This document shows, piece by piece, positions 59,724-64,000 of a stretch of DNA of 64,000 bases; position 1 is the first letter of the stretch; each line of letters opens with the position of its first letter. Location: NCBI GenBank assembly GCA_043797125.1, contig JAZDPX010000038.1, positions 4,071-68,070 of the forward strand. The letters are read 5' to 3'. The notes beneath the pieces are model-generated. The model saw nothing but the letters and a program-made list of their open reading frames with translations. It ran no database searches and was not told the DNA's origin. The position numbers were made by a program, and so were the translations under genes. The DNA is from Candidatus Omnitrophota bacterium. Lineage in GTDB: Bacteria; Omnitrophota; Gorgyraeia; JABMRG01; JAFGKX01.

Positions 59724-61052
59724 TTAAACCGGCTCTCCAGTTAAATCATATTCCATTGTATCTGTTATTTTCACCTTTAGAAATTCGCCCGGCTTAGCCT
59801 GTTTTGCCTTAACATATACGACTCCGTCAACTTCAGGCGCGTCGTATTGGCTTCTGGCTATGTAAAAACTATCCTTGTCTTTTTCATCGATTAAAACTTC
59901 CAGCGTTTTACCCAGCCAGCGCTTATTGACATCTTCTGAAATCTCTTGCTGTGTTTTCATTATAGCATCCAGCCTTTGCCTTTTTATTGAACCCGTAATT
60001 TGCTTTTTGTAATTATAAGCGGGGGTCTTTTCCTCCCTCGAATAAATAAAGGCTCCCAATCTCTCAAATTTTACTTCCTTAATAAAATCAAGAAGCTGGA
60101 TAAATTCCGCATCAGTCTCTCCGGGAAAACCCACGATGACGGATGTTCTCAAAACAACGCCCGGTATTCTTTTACGGATCTTATTTATTAGGGATTCAAT
60201 TTGAACCTTTGTTGTTCTGCGGTTCATCTTTTCTAATATTGTATCGCTAATATGTTGTATTGGCAAATCAATATATTTACATACGGCGTTTTCATTTTTT
60301 ATAACATCCATCAGCTCGTCTGTAAAATGCCGCGGATGGGTGTAAAGAAGCCTTATCCAGTGCGCTTTTTTTAACGCCGCGATTTTTTTAAGCAAATCAG
60401 TTAATTTGTATTTTCCATAAATATCGCTGCCGTATGAGGTGGTGTCCTGCGCTATGATATTTAGTTCTGAAATTTCACTTTTGGCGGTTATACTTTCAAT
60501 TTCTTTAATTATTGAATCCATAGGCCTGCTTCTGTAGTTTCCCCTGATTTTATAGATAGCGCAATATGAACATCTGTTGTTACAGCCTTCGGCTATCTTT
60601 ATGTATGTTGAATATGAAGGCGTTAGCGACAGGCGTGGAAATTTATGTGTATATATTTTTGTGGGTTCGCTTACGTAAGTGGCTTTTTTGTTTTTGAGTA
60701 CGGTAGAAACCGCGTCTGTAATTTTATCAAAATCAGATGTGCCCAAAAAGGCGTCCACTTCAGGAATCTTTTTTTCCAGCGCCTTATGATATCTCTGCGC
60801 CAGGCAACCCGCGACAATTAAAAATTTAATCTTGCCTTCCTGCTTTAATTTGGCTGCCTGCAGGATTACATCTATTGCCTCTTGTTTTGCGTCTTCAATG
60901 AACGCGCAGGTGTTTATAAGGGCAATATCGCAATTTTCCGCGCTCATCTTTATTGTGTAGCCGGCTTTTTTTAAGGCCCCGAGCATTACTTCAGAATCAA
61001 CCATGTTGCGAGGGCAACCCAAGCTCACTATGCCAACTGTCGGGGTTTTCAT
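59724..61052 (-). CDS. rimO: Ribosomal protein S12 methylthiotransferase RimO
   Basis: SLGCPRNMVDSE, NTCAFIE.A, EGCNNRCSYC, DAPEVDG; start at ATG 61052. Confidence 0.95.
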   Translation of the reverse strand: MKTPTVGIVSLGCPRNMVDSEVMLGALKKAGYTIKMSAENCDIALINTCAFIEDAKQEAIDVILQAAKLKQEGKIKFLIVAGCLAQRYHKALEKKIPEVDAFLGTSDFDKITDAVSTVLKNKKATYVSEPTKIYTHKFPRLSLTPSYSTYIKIAEGCNNRCSYCAIYKIRGNYRSRPMDSIIKEIESITAKSEISELNIIAQDTTSYGSDIYGKYKLTDLLKKIAALKKAHWIRLLYTHPRHFTDELMDVIKNENAVCKYIDLPIQHISDTILEKMNRRTTKVQIESLINKIRKRIPGVVLRTSVIVGFPGETDAEFIQLLDFIKEVKFERLGAFIYSREEKTPAYNYKKQITGSIKRQRLDAIMKTQQEISEDVNKRWLGKTLEVLIDEKDKDSFYIARSQYDAPEVDGVVYVKAKQAKPGEFLKVKITDTMEYDLTGEPV

Positions 61053-61121
61053 GGTGGGTATTATAGCACTACAGAGGTATCTTAAGCAAGAATTATGCGC
61101 TTGAGGCTTAGTGATATGAAG

Positions 61122-61163
61122 TGTCATTCCCATCCCCGCGAAAGCGGGGAAAGTGGGAATCCA
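61122..61163. repeat. REP-like element, same family as 57897-57948
   Basis: TGTCATTCCCATCCCCGCGAAAGCGGGGAAAGTGGGAATCCA. Confidence 0.65.
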
Positions 61164-61166
61164 TGC

Positions 61167-62435
61167 TTAAGCACATTCAGATATAGCTGCATCTGTCTGG
61201 TTTAAGTCAAATTTTTCGTTTGCTTTTGTTCCATCGCTTATCCATGACATGGAATCTCGTATGATTTCATCAATGTCTAGATTTTCAATAAAAGAAATTA
61301 ATTTACCTCTTTTTTCGGCTTTTATCAAGCGATTTATAGTAACGTCGGGGTTGGCATAAGACATCCAATTAATAGAATCTGGATGAGATGCCAATAAAAC
61401 ATCTTTGATTCGGATCTCTTCATCCTGTTCAAGTCTTTCAATTGCCTTTTTCTGTATCTGATCGATTAACTTAATGGTCTCAGGCAAATCAGATAAAAAA
61501 TCTGTACTACGATTTATTATTGAGACATTGTCCCAGCAAAGGAAAAGTTCTTTAAACATTTTCATATATTCTCCAACCACCAGTATCAACCCTTCCTTAT
61601 TCATTTCAAGTATAGCTTCTTCAATTTCTGGCATATAAAGGTGAAAAGTAACCAATAGAAGAATATCTTTGTTTTTCGTCCACGATGAATTTAGTTGCCT
61701 TAACTGTCTGATTACCTCTCTGTGCTGCATAGCATTTTTATCAAACGGGGAATGTCCTGCTGTTCTTATAGTCCGTTTATAGGGTACAGAACGGTATTTA
61801 TACTCAAAATTAAGAACATTTACTATGTTAGCGGCGCTTATTTCATCATGATAATGCAAAACATCTTCTGCGCCGTTGTAATAATAAAGATCTATTGTTT
61901 CTTTGGATAACATAACTTGCGTATAAATTGAATAAGGCAAAGATTTAACCGGCCTTTTACCTCCAACATTACAAAACATACAATCGTTATCGCATCCTCT
62001 TAACAAATATATACTAAAAATACAATTTCCAGAAGAATCCAGCGCTAAAAATTCTGGATTTTTTTTAACATATTCCTCAGGCGATATAAATACGCAATTG
62101 CTGCCATCATTTACGCCGCCGTATTCCTTTGGTAAAACTAATTTTTCAACAGCTTGCGCATAGGTTAAGCCGATAAACTCTGATATGTCAAACCCGAGAT
62201 CATCAAATGTAACTTTGTTATGTTCTATGTTTCTGCTGATTTTTTTGCCATATTTGCTTAAAACGCAGATCTTGTCATAAGCGTCGAGCATTTTATGCAA
62301 ATCCTGCGCTGTTTTAATAACAGGCCTCTGCAAGTTCGCAAATGAAACAGGCCTTAGGGCATAGCTTTGTTGTGCGTTTTGCATTAAAAATGCGAGCGTA
62401 ATAATAAATATTATTAGTTTTGAATGATTTATCAT
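61167..62435 (-). CDS. Exported 'ALRP' protein with radical-SAM-like domain
   Basis: Start at ATG 62435: MINHSKLIIFIITLAFLMQNAQQSYALRPVS; CDNDCMFC (61971-61994); ends AISECA. Confidence 0.75.
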   Translation of the reverse strand: MINHSKLIIFIITLAFLMQNAQQSYALRPVSFANLQRPVIKTAQDLHKMLDAYDKICVLSKYGKKISRNIEHNKVTFDDLGFDISEFIGLTYAQAVEKLVLPKEYGGVNDGSNCVFISPEEYVKKNPEFLALDSSGNCIFSIYLLRGCDNDCMFCNVGGKRPVKSLPYSIYTQVMLSKETIDLYYYNGAEDVLHYHDEISAANIVNVLNFEYKYRSVPYKRTIRTAGHSPFDKNAMQHREVIRQLRQLNSSWTKNKDILLLVTFHLYMPEIEEAILEMNKEGLILVVGEYMKMFKELFLCWDNVSIINRSTDFLSDLPETIKLIDQIQKKAIERLEQDEEIRIKDVLLASHPDSINWMSYANPDVTINRLIKAEKRGKLISFIENLDIDEIIRDSMSWISDGTKANEKFDLNQTDAAISECA

Positions 62436-62464
62436 AATGACATTTCTAACCAGGTTAGATGTTT

Positions 62465-64000
62465 TTATGCGCATGCGTCTAGCGATAACATAGCGCGCAA
62501 GCAAGGCGCATCAATCTTTTTTATTCTTTCGCCGGTGGCTATGTTAGGGTTTACTGGCAAAGCAGTGATAGCGGTTATTCCAGGTGCCAATTTTCCATTT
62601 ATGTAAACCTGCCTCCAATCATTATCTTCTTGCGGATCTTCCTTAAAACTCACCCTTAGGTCTGCATCTGGGAAACAGAGGTCTGTGTGCTGGGAAGCAA
62701 AGTAGTAATTGCCCTGTTTTAAGGCTGTATCTGTTACCGTGCCTCTTTTTGCCTGTTGGTCTCCTATGCCTATGTGCGGGCCTTGTTTTTCATCATGTGC
62801 TATAATATTAAGCAGTAGGCCGCTGCCCATTATGCCAAGTCCCACCTCAGATATAACCTCAAATTCTGGATTCTTTTTTAAGTACTCTCTGAATGCCGTA
62901 TTTTCTATTGAATTAATATCTATTAAGCCAACTGTAACTTCCACAGGCTTTTCAATATTTTCGTGCTTTACCATGCGAGTTCCCACCTTAATATGTAATA
63001 AAGTATCTTCTTCTGCGGTGTAATTTCCTCTGTGGCTTTGGATTTCTGTGCCTTTTTTTATCCAGATTTCTCCTTTGGCAGAAGATGGCGCTGTGTAAAC
63101 TTCACCGCCAATGTTACCCCACTTAGCTTTACTTTGCCTAATGTCTCCGAGACTTTGGACAAATCTTCTTTCTTCGGGGTTTATATTAATACGCAATGTT
63201 GCTGACTTTTCCCCTGAGCTATCATATGTTGTTAACTCAAATACCCTGGCGCCTTCAATATGTTTCATTAATTTTGCGGAAGTGTCTTTTAGTTCATCCA
63301 AACTGCGGCTTAGTAAACCCTCTATAGCATCCCTTTCAATCCAGGGGTTTTGTCCCGGCCCTGCGTTGGGAATTGCTGGATGAAGAACATGCGCTCTATC
63401 TTTTTCTGCAAACTCTTTTACTGCAATAATCCTTAACGCTTTATGTCCAACAAGATTAATTATATTAAACTCTTCGGGGGGCCTTGTATCAACGCCTAAT
63501 TCTTTTGCTTTTTCATTAATTAGCTTAAGTGCGTCTTCCTTGGATTTATTAGAAATGTTGACCAAAATGCTGTTCATTTTATTATCTGAGGCTTTCTGAG
63601 TTATGGCTCTAGCAAGAGCCATTTTATTCAGGCTGTCGCATAGGACTAAAACCGAGTGGCCTTTTTTCGCGCCTACTGCCATAAGAAGTTTATCAGCCAT
63701 TTCGCTGTTAGCCCTTTGTTGCGCGATGGGCGGGTTTTTCATCAATTCCTCGTTGTCAACGCAGAGCTCGCCCTCGTCCATTACGGTAATAAAGGTGCCG
63801 TCTTCCCTGTAAAGCTCGATACTAGGTTTGTTAAAAATCCAATCTATGTGGTTGTAGGTGCATTTATTATCAAAATTATTACCAAAGGCAAAATGGCAAG
63901 TGCCTCTTATCTTTTCATCCACTACAATAATTCCCATCTGCTGTGCTTTTTCATTCAAGCCAATGGCGAATTCTCCTATATGATAAGTATTTTTTACATA
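62465..64000 (-). CDS. Large protein (5' end beyond window) with tandem M29/aminopeptidase-T-like domains; ends with the ALRP-family C-terminal motif
   Basis: Frame open to 64000 (HIGEFAIGLN); DEKIRGTCHFAFG..HID; WGNIGGEVYTAP; EVGLG..HDEKQGPHIGIG..HTD; ends SLDACA. Confidence 0.7.
   Translation of the reverse strand, partial: YVKNTYHIGEFAIGLNEKAQQMGIIVVDEKIRGTCHFAFGNNFDNKCTYNHIDWIFNKPSIELYREDGTFITVMDEGELCVDNEELMKNPPIAQQRANSEMADKLLMAVGAKKGHSVLVLCDSLNKMALARAITQKASDNKMNSILVNISNKSKEDALKLINEKAKELGVDTRPPEEFNIINLVGHKALRIIAVKEFAEKDRAHVLHPAIPNAGPGQNPWIERDAIEGLLSRSLDELKDTSAKLMKHIEGARVFELTTYDSSGEKSATLRININPEERRFVQSLGDIRQSKAKWGNIGGEVYTAPSSAKGEIWIKKGTEIQSHRGNYTAEEDTLLHIKVGTRMVKHENIEKPVEVTVGLIDINSIENTAFREYLKKNPEFEVISEVGLGIMGSGLLLNIIAHDEKQGPHIGIGDQQAKRGTVTDTALKQGNYYFASQHTDLCFPDADLRVSFKEDPQEDNDWRQVYINGKLAPGITAITALPVNPNIATGERIKKIDAPCLRAMLSLDACA

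Noticed and set aside
62436-62504. Upstream extension of the 445-aa ORF containing RR (possible Tat signal)
   Set aside because: It overlaps the upstream gene and does not fit the S/T-R-R-x-F-L-K consensus; ATG 62435 gives a clean Sec signal matching the paralogs.

Overview
Bacterial chromosomal window, almost entirely minus-strand coded. Gene content and repeat style suggest Candidatus Omnitrophota or a related PVC-group organism (inference, not verified). 1-13.3 kb is an accessory block: SAM methyltransferase, a signal-peptide-bearing HDAC11-like deacylase, alpha-2-macroglobulin, an atypical ClpA/C-type ATPase and an AbiEi/AbiEii type IV TA pair. 18.5-61 kb is mostly housekeeping (ychF, gpsA, ECF sigma/anti-sigma, plsY, der, lepA/lepB, trp and partial his genes, alaS, recA, cinA/thpR, pgpA/pgsA, rimO), with several palindromic repeat families in between. 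The most striking signal is a family of proteins at two loci (13.3-18.3 kb and 61.2-64 kb). Three begin with a Sec-type signal peptide ending QQxxA followed by LRP; the fourth is truncated by the window edge. They carry normally cytoplasmic enzyme-like domains (HAD, P-loop, radical SAM, M29 aminopeptidase) and a shared 6-residue end motif (AFAASA, AISECA, SLDACA). The end and start motifs also occur fused inside two proteins (AIDSAA-LRP, STDSCA-LRP). This suggests a modular, tag-delimited secreted cargo or polyprotein system. No rRNA, tRNA or CRISPR array was seen.
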